From Octopus vulgaris (taxonomy: Eukaryota): DNA of 64,000 nucleotides. The stretch lies in contig OX597816.1 of NCBI GenBank assembly GCA_951406725.2, positions 149,110,001-149,174,000 on the forward strand, in the 5' to 3' direction. The translations under genes and the position numbers were made by a program. This document shows positions 24,911 to 38,182 of the stretch, in pieces. How positions within the stretch are numbered: the stretch's first letter is position 1; each line of letters opens with the position of its first letter. The notes below the pieces were generated by a model. The model searched no databases and had not been told where the DNA came from. It worked only from the letters and a program-made list of their open reading frames with translations.

Positions 24911-26950
24911 CTGTTTAAAGGTTGAAGTTACTTGCTGGCCATCTTTCCTCTCACTATCTCTGTCTCCGTGTGTGGCTATCACTCTCTCTGCTGTCCTTTG
25001 ACAGATTGCTGTATATATAATGGCCGTGACAGCTAGAAGGACAGACATACCGCAGGAGAAATTCCTACCTATGTAGGTCACCTCCTGTCCATTTGAACCT
25101 TAAATGACATAACTGAGATTGAAGGTCGAAGGGAAACAATCCATCATTTTTTGACAGGACAAAGAAATTTCTTTCATACCTGTTTGGTAAATGGTGGTGG
25201 ATCATGTGAGCAAGAATCCTTAGATTCAGTTTCGAATCTCAGCTTGGAAAAAGGAAGTGTTAATTTTTACACACTGTGTCTGGTAAACAAAATGAAATAG
25301 AAACAATTGTTTAATCAAGGCTGCCCTGAGGTTAAACAACATCAACAGAGAAGGAATACTAGAATGCTACAGTAGTATGGAGTAGTGTTTGGATTATAAT
25401 GTGATTACCATGAAATCTGGATAGGAGAAGACATAACATGTAGACTGCAAGAACAGATTGAGCTGGGATTGTCAGGTGTGAATGTTCTTCAACTGTAATC
25501 AAACAATTTCACTACCAAGTGCCTCTCTTTCAAATGCAGAAAATGAACATCAATGTGATACTTATTTTCTGCACCTGAACCCAATCAGTACTACCTGCAA
25601 CATTTTTCCAATCAGACACAGAACTGCTACCTTTAATGTTGATACAGGACTGCTACCTTTAATGTTGATACAGTGAAGGGTACATCTGAATAGATTGTAG
25701 AGATGTTAAAGAGGAGATACAGATATCAAACAAACTTATGGTTAAATGTGTTCTGGTGTTACCATTCTATCCTTTTTGTTTTAAACAGAGTATTTAGGAC
25801 TAAGTTACTTCATAAACTCTACTATTCAAACAATTTATGTATGTAAGAACTGTGTTCCTCCTTGGTTCATGAAAGCTCAGCTGAGTTCAGAGAGATATGA
25901 TTTTTGCATGACCTGTTGATTTCTTTGCTTGAAAATAGAACATCTGAAATTACAGACCCACACAAATATATATGTGAAAATATGTATATAACATCTCTTT
26001 TACAAGACATATCTTGCATGATCCATTGTATGTGGTGGGTATTGGGGTGTAAATCACTTTGTTTTTAAGAACAAAAATCAAACTAGTGTTCATACACAGT
26101 TGCAATATTTTGCTCCACTTTGATGCTGTTTGAGAATGTATAGACATTGAATTTGTCCTCTGATTATAATAAAACATCTTAGTTGCCACCTCACCTGAAA
26201 ACTGCAGCCAACTGCATCAGGAGTTTTTGAGGCAAAACAGAAAATGAAGATAGTTTACAAAAATATTTTAAATGGCTGACATTTCTACAGCTAGATGCCT
26301 TTCCTGATGCCAGCAACTTTACAACATGTACTGGGTGCTTTTCTTGTTGCACCAGCACTAGTTAAGTTGCTTTGCAGCTTACAAGACCTCAAACCTCAAG
26401 AGAAGCTGCTTTATGCAAGGAGATAAGGGGTTAAAGTATAAGAGAAAGGGACACAGCAGGACAAGTTTCTTGTTACAGAGGGGCTACATGACTACATTTT
26501 AGAAGGGTAGGGGTATTTGGAGTAAAGTTGGTGAGATGAAAATAGTGGTGATAAGGTGTCTGGTAAGTAGGTGTCAAGGTAAGTAGAAGTGAGTGGAAAC
26601 AGAAAAATCAGGAGTGTGCAGGTAGAGGTCGTAAGAGCATATTGAGGGATAGGAAATGCATAAGATGAATATAATGAACAAACAAATGCTGAGGGATGGT
26701 AAGAGAGGTAGGAAAGAGGTTACAACTATAGATTGGGTAGGGGTGGATGTAATGAATCATGGATAAGCAGTGAGGATGACCAATGATGTTTAGAATAAGA
26801 ATCAGCAGAATAGTAATAAAAACACAGTAGACAGGGGAATAAGAGACAGAGAGATATGTGGTTGGGTAGGTTGCAACAGTGTGGAGAGAGATATAGGCAG
26901 GCACAGTGCATGGGGAGAGTGGTGAAAGAGAGCTCATTTGGTGATCAATG

Positions 26951-27748
26951 TATGAGGGGATACCCAAAAGAAACCAGAATTTTGCAATATTTTATTCACT
27001 TAGCTTTACATGTTTACACTTTTATCGCCTTCAAAGTATTCTCCATTTGAAGCAATGCATGTCCTGGAACTCGTGCAAAGTGATGCCTTTTGACGCCTCT
27101 AACGTTTATTCTTCACCCCTTCCACATTCAAATTCTGTAGCACCAGCTTTTGTTACCAGTCATGACTTCCAACTGCTCTTTCAGTTCACAACACATATTC
27201 AGTTGTGACTGCTTTTGATCCTCTGTGAGTAACCAAAGCACAAACTTCGCTGTAACTCTTTTCATTTGCAATTCCTCACTCAAAATTCGTTGGAAGGAGT
27301 TCCAGGACACACCAATCATATCAACAAATTCATTAATTGTTTGGTAATGGTCCTCCAAGATCAGTTCATGAATTTTCATTTGTTCAGGAGGTCGACAGTC
27401 ATCTTGAATGAGGTTGGTCTTCAAGTGACAAGTGACTATTCCTGAAGCAAGGAAACCATTCATAAACTAGTATTTTGCTCTTGGCAGAGTCTTTGTCAGC
27501 TCTTTGAAGCACGACAACTGTTTTCCCCAGCAGAAAACAGAATTTCCCGGAAGCATGTTCTTTCATTTCAGCCATCGCAAAAATCAACAAACTGGGAAGA
27601 AGCACTGCAAAACAAAGATGCACTATGTGACAGTATGACCTCACTTGACACTACCAGTGAGCAGATTGATGCCTGAAGGTTGCATCAAGTTGTGGAACCC
27701 TCAACTACAAGTTTGTCCCACAGAGAAAGTTTCCTGTTACCACCTCAT
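26951..27748 (-). mobile_element. Internally deleted mariner remnant
   Basis: FCFLLGKT, FQRILSEELQMKRVTAKFV, TGNKSW transposase motifs. Confidence 0.75.
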
Positions 27749-29129
27749 CAAATGCAAATAAACAGGACGGTATTATGGATGAATATCAAGTAAGAAAATA
27801 ATTTGTGTCAAAGAAAAGCTAAGGTTAGAGAAATATGGGTGATCAGGGTGTCTTGAGGAAATTGAGTGAACGACCCAGTTGGGCACACATGCATGTGTGT
27901 GTGTGCACGCACAGTACTTCTAGAACTTAGTTTTGATGAGTTGGGCGGGTCTTCTTGAGAACTGCATATCACCAGTCATCCCCATCTTGAGATCAACCTT
28001 CTTCACTTCATCCCATGTATTTCTGGGTCTCCCTTTTCTGCAAGCTCCACCTACGTTAAGCAATCAGCACTTTTTATGCAGTTGTTCCCAATCATACACA
28101 TTACATCGGATTCTTCTTATGCCTAGTTTTACTCTCAGCACATTTGTACTATACCGTTCAGGTATACTTACTTTGCACATCCAACAGAGCATGTTCTTTT
28201 CATTTCTTTTGTTTTTTCTAGTCCTCTGCATTCAAAAACCATATCTCACAAACATACGGTATTACAGATCCAACACAGGCATCATACAATCTACCCTTCA
28301 GTTTTAGGGAAAAGACCTTTGTTGCCAGCAGCAGTAATAGCTCCCTGAAAATAATACTTCAATCTGTTCTTACTGTCTACCATACCTGCAGAGGAATTCT
28401 CTCCCCTGCTAATCACATCTCCTAGGTAACAAAGGCTACTATTTCTGGTGTGCTCCAAGTACATAATGCTCCACTGCATGTCACATGCAAACCTTACATT
28501 CTGTTAGTCTGCTTGTAATTCCACTACAGCTTTCCTTCTCTTCATGTCCTTGATCACTTTAACATACTGTAATCATCTTGAATTGCTGATTCCCCCATAG
28601 AGTCAGCACGAGATAGCTTTTTATCCCATACTCAACATTCAGCAACCTCTTGTAACTACACTTTTTTGTTTTCCATATCAATGGTGAATATGCTTCAATC
28701 ATTCTATGCACACCTCTCACCAATCGTTCTGTTCTTTGGACAATTCTGACTGTGGGGTGTATGCAGAAGTAACTGTTGCTGTTGAGTGGCCTATAACTAG
28801 TCTTACCTGGTTAACATATATAAGTCACAGACAGAAGTGGAAGTTCTATAACTATTGTTACATAAGGCAATTGAATGATAGATAATTACACTCTCTTTAT
28901 ATATATATATACAAAAAACAATTAAACAAAACAAACTTTTTGTGAAAATGTTTAATACAAAAATATAACTATTTATCAATGTTATAAAATTAAATTTGTT
29001 TGTTAATTCCAGATTTTATATATACTATATGTATGTTTATGTATATAAACATATATACATGTATATATTGTTTATTTAAGCTGATCTAGTGGCCTGTTAT
29101 GCTGGAGTTTCACAAATGTGTAGAATTCC

Positions 29130-29601
29130 TTAGACATGAGATCGCAGCCATAGCCAATACTAGTGTTGTATAACCAGCCCATTTAAAAGTACCCTTGAAT
29201 ATACTGAGTTTGAGAAGACCTGTTGAGTCAAGTGAAGTCATAGTCGTGGCTCGTGCCAGTGCTGCCTGACTGGCACCCATGCTGGTGGCATGTAATAAGC
29301 ACCACTCAAGAGTGGGTCGATGCCAGAGCCACCTGACTGGCTCCCTGTGCTGGTGGCATGTAAAAAGCACCATCCAAACCTGGTTGATGTCAGTGTGACC
29401 TGACTGGCTACCATGCCAGTGACATGTAAAAAGCACCCATTACACTCTCAGAGTGGTTGGCGTTAGGAAGGGCATCCAGCTGTAAAAACTTTGCCAGATC
29501 AGACTGGAGCCTGGTGCAGCCTACTGGCTAGCCAGTCCTCAGTCAAACTGTCCATCCCATGCCAGCATGGAAAATGGACATTAAACGATGACAATGATGA
29601 T
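29130..29601 (+). mobile_element. SINE-like family C with (GAT)n tail
   Basis: Recurring GAGTGGTTGGCGTTAGGAAGGGCATCCAGCTG...CCATGCCAGCATGG...GTTAAACGATGATG; copies at about 42000-42395, 48298-48800 (-), 52505-52780, plus many fragments. Confidence 0.85.
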
Positions 29602-31125
29602 ATACTCTTTACTCTCTCTTTTACTTGTTTCAGTAATTAACCCACAAGTACATTTCAGAGTTATACTTTTCTTGCATGTGATTTGAACTGAGACCATGTT
29701 GAAACTATACCCATCATATTGTGAAAGAGCCATTATGGCTATCTAAAAAGATACAAAATCTGTTAAATTCACCTTTCATTTATTTCAAAATTCTACACAC
29801 TGATAGGCACAGCCTCACAGTTACAGTTGAAGCAGGTCAATGACCAGGTCACAGTGATGCACGGTAAATTCTGACATCCTCATAAATTAAATGAAAAATG
29901 AATTTTTAGATACTTTTTGATGGGTATAAAGGCTTTTATCTTTTACTTCTTTCAGTCATTTTGACTGTGGCCATGCTGGGGCACCACCTTGAAGAACCTT
30001 AATTGAAATAATCAAACCCAGTACTTTTTTTTTAAGCCTGGTATTTATTCTATTGGTCTCTTTACCAAACTGTTAAGTTATAGGGATGTAAACACACCAA
30101 CACTGGTTGTCAAGAAGTGGTGAAGGACTAAGGGACAACCACAAAGGCACACACACATATATATATGACAAGCTTTTTTCCGTTTCCATCTTCCAAACCC
30201 ATCCACAAGGCTTTGGTTGGTGATAGTAAAAGACACTTGTTCAAGGTGTCATGCAGTGGGACTGAACCCAGAACTTTGCGGTTGTGAAGCAAACTTATCA
30301 CATAAATCTAATTTAATTTTATACACCCCTACACAAGAAAAACTTCCTTTTAATATCCATCCCTCATTTACCATTGACCACCTTCACTACCTATAAAGCT
30401 CTGATTACCTCCATATCTATTTCTGTTCGTTACTCACTACCCAACACATACACTTGCAGCCTTTGTCCATCCTTTCTGATATTTCTGTCATTGCATTCTC
30501 TTCTTTTCATCTCCCTCAGACATTTTAACTTAAGTGTAAGCCGATTCCTTGTCATCATTATCTTCATGTCACTTTCTGGCACAACTCCTTCCATCTCCAC
30601 TCATATATAACACGGAGTAGCCTTAAATCTCTTCCTACTCAGCCTATCCCACATCCTCCTAATGACTATAATTCTCACTAATCCCTGACACCACCCTTAT
30701 TTCCCTTTTATAACTCCTTCCTTGAACAGTCTCTGTTATTGTCTCCACTACCATCCTCTGACATCAAATCTGTTCCAATCCTCACACTGTAACTCGCTCA
30801 AAACTTTACCTAAAGTCTTCAGTCACCGCCCTCTCTCCTACTCTCCCTCTTAGTCATGGAAGACTAGGGTCTTTAGTTTCACTAGTGCTGGTGCCATGTG
30901 GTTGATGATTGGAAGGGCAGCCAGCATAGAAACCATGTCAAAAATTGAGCCACAATAACAAGATGTGGTTTTCCAACCTGTTAGATCCCACTGAACCGTC
31001 CAGCTCATGGACATAAAATCATGATACACATACAAAATAGCACATATACTTAAAAAAACTTGACATAATCCATTCTTTTTTCATGATATCAAGTAAGGTC
31101 ATCTGTTCTATAGAAACCAGCATCT

Positions 31126-32103
31126 TCATACTGGCAGTTGCACTGATGATAATTGTTTTCTGTTCCTTCCAGCTGTAAAATGTCCTGCAGGATACACACT
31201 TTTATTGCCACCAGATGTCGCCATGTTATCAAATGACTGAATTGTTATAGTTCGATTTTGTGGTTTAGAAGGGTTTTCTCTTACAGGGTTAGATGGGAAA
31301 CACATTTTCTTTTCAGTATGCAATGCAAATTCTAAGTTAGAATGTAAAGAGCTTTCAAATGTATTAGATTTTAACTTAGATGATGTTCCACGTGTCACAT
31401 TTGTTATTGCTTTGCTGTGTGTGGTATCTAACAATGGTAAAACAAATTCTGAAGTGGATGCATCCTTACAGTTCAGCATGGTGCTTCGTGTCTGAGAACT
31501 GTTCGAAACTGGAATGGATGAATAGAACTTACTATGCTCATATCTGCTTTCCTCAGGTTCCATAGGTTCATTCTTCACTGTGGGAGCCATGACAAAATTA
31601 CCAGAGGAATTGATATCTATGTTATCTAATAAGGCAACCTCAGAGTTGTTTCCAAACAATGTAACTCTATTTTCTTTGGGTAATAATTCAGCTCTTGAAA
31701 TCTTGTCATTAATACCACTGGATGATATTGAAAAGAAACGTGGAGAAAGCTGAACTGGTGTTGTAACATTTTGTGACACAGATACATTATCTGTCATTGG
31801 GTTGGATGCAACAAATGCATTAGTAGCTGTAATAGGTTGCTGATGTGTTGTATTAGGCAGTTGACTATCACACAGTTGTTCAAATTCTTTCATTTCCAAA
31901 CGTTTTGCAATGATTTTTAATTGATGTAAAATATTTAGATCAAGATCTAGAATCCCATTATACATATAATCAGCAAAAGCATCTAAGGCTTTTGTGCTAA
32001 CTTCCTGTGGTAAGTTAATGTGGAGAAAGTTCTGAGAGAGCATCTCTGCACCAAATACTGACAACAGTTTAGGACATACAGCAAATAAGACAACTTTATG
32101 TAC
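31126..32103 (-). CDS. BTB module 2, exon C (terminal coding exon)
   Basis: Acceptor TTTCAG|GTA; VHKVVLFAVCPKL...FADYMYNG; 978 nt to stop. Confidence 0.9.
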   Translation of the reverse strand, partial: VHKVVLFAVCPKLLSVFGAEMLSQNFLHINLPQEVSTKALDAFADYMYNGILDLDLNILHQLKIIAKRLEMKEFEQLCDSQLPNTTHQQPITATNAFVASNPMTDNVSVSQNVTTPVQLSPRFFSISSSGINDKISRAELLPKENRVTLFGNNSEVALLDNIDINSSGNFVMAPTVKNEPMEPEESRYEHSKFYSSIPVSNSSQTRSTMLNCKDASTSEFVLPLLDTTHSKAITNVTRGTSSKLKSNTFESSLHSNLEFALHTEKKMCFPSNPVRENPSKPQNRTITIQSFDNMATSGGNKSVYPAGHFTAGRNRKQLSSVQLPV

Positions 32104-33676
32104 CTGAAATATATAAAAAAAAAAGATCTTGAGATTTATAAAATAATTAATACCAGGGAAAATCTCTTAAAACATTTTTCACTTTTAACTATAAATCTTT
32201 TCTTTAGTCAGAGTATAGTTATAAGTAAATACTTTCATGCATAGATACCTTTAGTTTTGGTGTTGTAATTAAATTCTATAGAGCATATCTAAAAGGATAA
32301 GAATTGGCCTAGTTTCAAAAATGAAACGATAATTCTCTCTATGAATTCTGTAGTTCATATTTTGCCAGAGCTGTGTTACAAATAGTCTGAAAAAATTTAA
32401 AGGATCAAAATTTTTAATACAGCATTAGCACAAATTAGGTGACATAGCAACTGAAATGTCAGAATGTCTTCATGAAGTATGAAACACAATACATGATATA
32501 AGGATATTTTTATCTCAACTGAAATACTTTCTTAAACTTTTTCACTTTTTCCCCACCATCCCAATATTAAAATGTTTTTCATTATATCATTACCAGGCCA
32601 ATAGTTGAGTGCATTTGCCTCAAGGCTATAGGCATATAACAGACTTTTAAAGTAGTACAGATCAGGTTATATCAGTGTTTTTTTAAGTCAAAGAAAATAA
32701 GGAATGATTTTAAAAACAACAGCATGGAAAACGGACGTTAAACGATGATGATGATGAAATGGAACAGTCAATTTGAACACATGCACAACTTGTCCATATC
32801 CTTTTGTAGGTTTATTGAGCTGTTTGGGAAAATAATTGTTTTTTGAAAACTACTTACCAACTAAGGATTAGATATGAGAACTACCTGTAATAACCATACA
32901 GAAAATACGTGTTACTTCCCTTTAAATTCAGACTTAGATAGAAATTAGGTAAATATCGCCATTTCCACCAACTACAACTGAATATTTTATGAAAACTTCG
33001 CCCCAGAGAATTCAGAAATGTTCATCATCAACATTTTACATCCGAATTTCCATGCTGACATGGGCTAAATATAACCCACATAGGCTGGGTAGATTTAATC
33101 AATACTACTAGCCCTGGAGAGGATATCTGCAACATACACTGTATCAGTTTTTATTGAGAGTTAACACTCCCCTGGAAGCTTTGTTTGTGGAGTTCATGCA
33201 TCTTTCATTTTTCTTCTCACTTTTTTTTCTAGCATGAATTTTGCAGTTGGATGCTGTTCCTTTAAAGAAACTTCATTTTGGGTTTATGGTTTATAGATAC
33301 TTATCAATAAAATGTTGGAAAATTGTTTTACAATATTTTTTGGACTATTTACATATTTTTTAAAGATTTTTGTCTTGACAGCTCCATTGAAGACTTACAC
33401 TTTAAACCTTTTCTGACTCTTCAATTTGTAGAATTGTAGAAAATATATTTTAAAAAATAAATATTTTTGAACGCAAGTACTAGCTTCAAAGCATCACAAA
33501 CTCTTTAGGAAAATGGCTCTCTTTCATTATGATTGTTTTCAGTGAGCTTTCTGGTTTTTGTTCTAGCATTCTCAATTGAATTTTTTCAGGGTTATAAAGC
33601 TCAAAGAAAAACAGATATAGGAAAACATTAAAAAAGATTAAAAAATTAACATAATAAAGTCTTTAATTAAACTTAC

Positions 33677-33971
33677 CATCACTGTAGATAAACCATTGTC
33701 AATACTAGCATCACATAATTTTCCACTCTTCCATAGCAATGCCAGGCTGGACATTACATTTTTCTGATGATCAGCAAGAATAAATATTTTCTTCCCTTGA
33801 GGCTGTGGTATTTCAAAGGTCTTTGGTTGTGTAGTAGGTACTGGAACTGGAAAGGTAGAGAAATGAACTGGATCTGGCATATTTTCTGACTCCTCAACCA
33901 CACAGATAAGGTTTTTGATTGAAGGTTTCTGAGAATTTTCAGCCATCTTAGAGATATGACCAATATTTTGC
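33677..33971 (-). CDS. BTB module 2, exon B (LWKSGKLCDASI)
   Basis: Acceptor TTTCAG|G (phase 2), donor ATG|GTAAGT (phase 0), 295 nt. Confidence 0.88.
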
Positions 33972-34065
33972 CTGAAATTCATTGAGATAAAAATTATGAT
34001 AAATGCATGAACTCAACAGAAAATACTTGCATAGTAAGAAGCTATGACAAAATTTATTTAGTTAC

Positions 34066-34265
34066 CTGTCAGTAAAATCATTTTCTTGACAATTTTTCTT
34101 TAATTTCAAATTTTCTTCCTGAAATTCCTTGGGAAAAGTCTGCTTCTTAGGAATTTTGGCAGGTGGAGATGGAGGATGGTCACTGTCTGAGATAAGAACT
34201 GTAGCAGGAGAGCTAGGAGGTTGCTTTTTTTTGTTTAAATATAAGTTTTTATTTGATGATCCGGC
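34066..34265 (-). CDS. BTB module 2, exon A (AGSSNKN...PATVLISDSDHPPSPPAKIPKKQ...DFTDR)
   Basis: Absent from the ORF track because it has no start. Phase-0 acceptor ATTGTAG|GCC, phase-2 donor AG|GTAACT, 200 nt open, homologous to 63350-63585; contains no Met. Confidence 0.85.
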
Positions 34266-37212
34266 CTACAATAATAAAATAGATTCTTTAAGAACAGAAA
34301 ACAGGTTTGAACTTTTATGCAGAAAAATATCTCTACATTATGCAGAAAATGTCAAGTTTTATTAATTTCTAATGAAGTGAGAGAATATGACCTTAGATAA
34401 GCTTCATGAATCTGGTACAAACTAGCATCTTACTCAGAGTACAGCAATGTACCACTGATCAGTTGTGAATCAAAACCTTAGCCACAGGCTTGCACTTTGT
34501 TATAAAAGACAACAATTGTTTTTAGAGAAGAGTTCAAGTCTTAAATTATATTTTGATTACTAATTGTCAGACTCAAGTGAAACAGCTTGAGTCTGACTCT
34601 CAACTGTAAATATTTCACATCAATTACATTACTAATTCTCTTGCAAAAGGCATTGGTATCACACAATTCCTTTCCTACTACTCAACAAATTCTAGTATTT
34701 TATCCCTTTGCTGGATACTGTAGAATAACAGTTAGTAGCTAAGAAAGCTTGTCTATGACTTTGCTTAATTTTGTTGTAGCTATTTCACTTCATCAACATT
34801 TTAAAGTTTCTGAAAAAAGGCGTGAACATCATAAAATTTCTTTCTCATAGTCATACAAATCTGAAGCCACACACCCGAGTAAGAAATCCTTATTTATAGC
34901 TAAAGAGTAGTACAGCTTATAAAATAACCGAGCATAATCTGACTCTACAGACCTACCAGTGATCAGTTTACTTGAATTCATGAACAATCAGTTACAGAAA
35001 CATAATATATTTCATCATCAACAATAAGGCATGGTTTCAATTGCCACATGACTTTTTCAATCGGTAATTTTCATCAAGTTAAAATTTGTCATAACTACAC
35101 CTGCAACTGTACAATATGGTTTGTTTATTTGTAGCAGCTTAACACCTCTTTCAACCAGTCCTGCCTCAAAATTTATTATCCAATGGTTTGCCAAAAATAG
35201 TTAGGATTATACTTGCAAGATTTATTTTTTTACAAAAGGGCTAAATGGTTTTAAGCATATTGATGTTATGAACATGAAACACATGGTTCTACATCAATAA
35301 TCTAGCATACAAATACAAAAAGTATATAAGTACATAGACAGAGAGAGAAAAGTGCAAACATAGCTGTGTGGTTAAGAAGTTCACTTCCATGGTTTGGAAT
35401 TCAATCCAACTGCATGGACTGGGCAAGTATCTCTCTATAGCCAACCAAAGCCTTGTGAGTGGATTTGGTAGATGGGAACTGAAAGAAGCCCATTATATGT
35501 GTATGAGTTTGAGTCATGTCTTGGAATTGTAGGCTTACCAATACCTTGTGAGTGAATTTGGTTGATGGAAACTGCATGGAAGCTTTTACATCTGTATACA
35601 TGCACATATAAGTATGTGTGTGCACACAGTTATGTTTACGTCTTGTCATTTGACAATTGTGTTTATTGGTGTCCTGATAATTTAGTAGTGAGACAAAAAG
35701 AGATGAATGATTGCAAAAGTTTGATGGTGACATCAGTTTACAATTAGAGCACAATAGCAGGACAAGAAGACACAAACACACACACATATTATGCTTGCTC
35801 TCTATGCACACATGAGCTGGATGGTTCAACAGGATCTGACAGCTTGCTTCCTAACCACATGGTTCTGGCTTCGGTCCCATGGCGTGGCACCTTGGGCAAG
35901 TGTCTTCTACTGTAGCTTCAGGCCAACCAAAGCTTTGTGAGTGGATTTGGTAGACAGAAACTGAAAGAAGCCCATTGTGAGTGTGTGTGAGAGGGTGTGT
36001 TTGTGTTCGTCCCCTACTACTGCTTGACGACCAGTGTTGATGTGTTTATGTCCCTGTAACATAGCAGTTTGGCAAAAGAGACTGATAGAATATGTACCAG
36101 ATTTAATAAAAAAATTACTGGGGTTGATTCATTCAACTAAAAATTTTTAGGGCAGTGCCCCAGTATGGCTGCAGTCTAATAACTGAAACAAGTAATAGAA
36201 TACACACACACAAACAAACATAATAGGCTACATTCAATTTCCTTCTATCAAATCGACCTACAAACTTTTGTTTAGTCTGAGGCTATTCCAGAAGATACTT
36301 GCACAAGGTGTCACACAGTGGGACTGAACCCAAATTCACATTGTTGTGAAGCAAGCCACTTAACAAGAGTCATACCTGCACGCACACACATTTCTTCCAG
36401 AGAGTGACAAGTTCGAAAGAAGTTGTGTGTGGCCACTTAGAATAAAGAAATCAAAGATAAGTCTGAGAGTGAATAAATCCATAATTGTTTGTCTGACAAA
36501 ATATATTTTTCGAACTAACGATAGAGCACCTAATACACTTTGTAAAGTGGTTGGCGTTAGGAAGAGCATCCGACCAAAGCAGACAACAGAGCTTGGCACA
36601 GTCCTCTTGCTTGCTAGCTTCTGTCAAACGGCACAGATCACGGCAGTATGGGAAACGGACGTTAAACGATGATGATAATGTACGTGTGTGTACATGCACA
36701 CACATACACATCCATTTATTATTATTACTATTATTGTTATTATTATTAATCGGCAGAAGTTACAATGTGAGTCAAGGGCCGGGCGTTTCATGATGTCATT
36801 TACCAAACTGACAGTTTGCTAAGTAGCATGCACGAATCTCTCGAGCCTAGAGTCATTTCGTAACTCCTACTGATTAATATTAATAAATAATAATACTATA
36901 TATATAATACACGCATGCATATATATATATATATATATAAAATCATCATAACACCACATCCACGCATACAAAGAGTGTGTCTATATAAACTATTCTTGTG
37001 TGTTTGTATAAACAGACACTAGTTAACTAGTATATTTGGGTTTTAGAACAGATTCGTAAAATGAAAACTAACCTAAAATGAATGTCTGAATTAGATTATT
37101 TATTGGTTAATAACACGCGTGTTGATCGATTACCAACAGACCTGTTAGATATTGACGTGTCTCAAATCGATGCAACGTAGCATTTATTGACAAATATGGT
37201 GATAGTACTTAC

Positions 37213-37650
37213 CAAGTTCGCAATTTCTGCTCTCTTTTTAAATTTATGAAACCAACCTTGACTAGCCTTAAATGGACGAATTTCGTAATCTGAACTACGG
37301 GGGAAGCTTTTCTTCACATGTTCATAAATCTCTAGGGCTTTTTCACGAATAACTTCCATATTTACTTGGTCCCCCTTCTTTTGCTTTTCCTTTATCCACA
37401 TTAACAAACGCTTCTCAACTTCGACTATGAAAGACCTGTTTTTAAAGACTCTGGTTGATTTATCAATTACCTTCACAGATTTTAGTCTTTCTTTTTGGGC
37501 ACATATGGTTGCAACAGTCGAAGGGGGAAGCCCGTATTCAGCACAAAGAACTCTTCTTTTAAAGCCTTGTTCGAATTTGTTGATAATTTCCTGTTTTTGT
37601 TGGATCGTTATGACTTTGCGCTTCGTCTTTGTTTTGGGTTTAGATGACAT
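37213..37650 (-). CDS. Candidate alternative first exon: CENP-B/pogo-Tigger bipartite HTH DNA-binding domain (146 codons)
   Basis: KRKVITIQQKQEII...YGLPPSTVATI (CENP-B N-terminal/psq-type HTH) and EKRLLMWI...IREKA...FKASQGWFHKFKKR (Tc5-type HTH). Consensus phase-0 donor TTG|GTAAGT. No DDE domain follows. Confidence 0.85.
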
Positions 37651-38182
37651 GACTATTCGAAAATTTATTTTGCAAAACAGAACAGAGACAAATTTTCAAT
37701 GAGAGTTAAGTGGGGGGAAAAAAGCCTTAATTTTAACTCCAGTTACGTGAAGTTAACATTCAAGTAAAAACGTGATCTCGTACGGCTCTCGTTAATGTAC
37801 AATAAAGTGATGAACGTTAAACGAATTGTCGCGTCATGAAGAACTTGTTAACCGAAGTAGGAAAGAAACACACACTCACATATACATCAACATTCTGAGA
37901 AAACCGTTAAAAGAGATGGATAGTAAATGTCACTATTCCTATTCACATAAATAAACCTTATGAAAGAGGAGGAGTTTCGTCTCTAACTTTTGTCGTGAAA
38001 ATATGGGTGTAGGTTATATTTGACACTTCGTAAACAAGCCAACAGACGTAATATTTTTTGTCAAGACTGTATCACCATTACGAGTTACACACGATCATGT
38101 ATTGATTCACAACTCAAAACAATTTATAAAAACAAAATACTATTTCCATGCCCTAAAATACAAGCATTGTATAAACAATAAT

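Noticed and set aside
25178-26193. Possible extra minus-strand exons (donor near 25180, acceptor near 26194)
   Set aside because: The 25.2-kb candidate has stops in all frames from its acceptor; the 26.1-kb peptide shows no recognisable homology.
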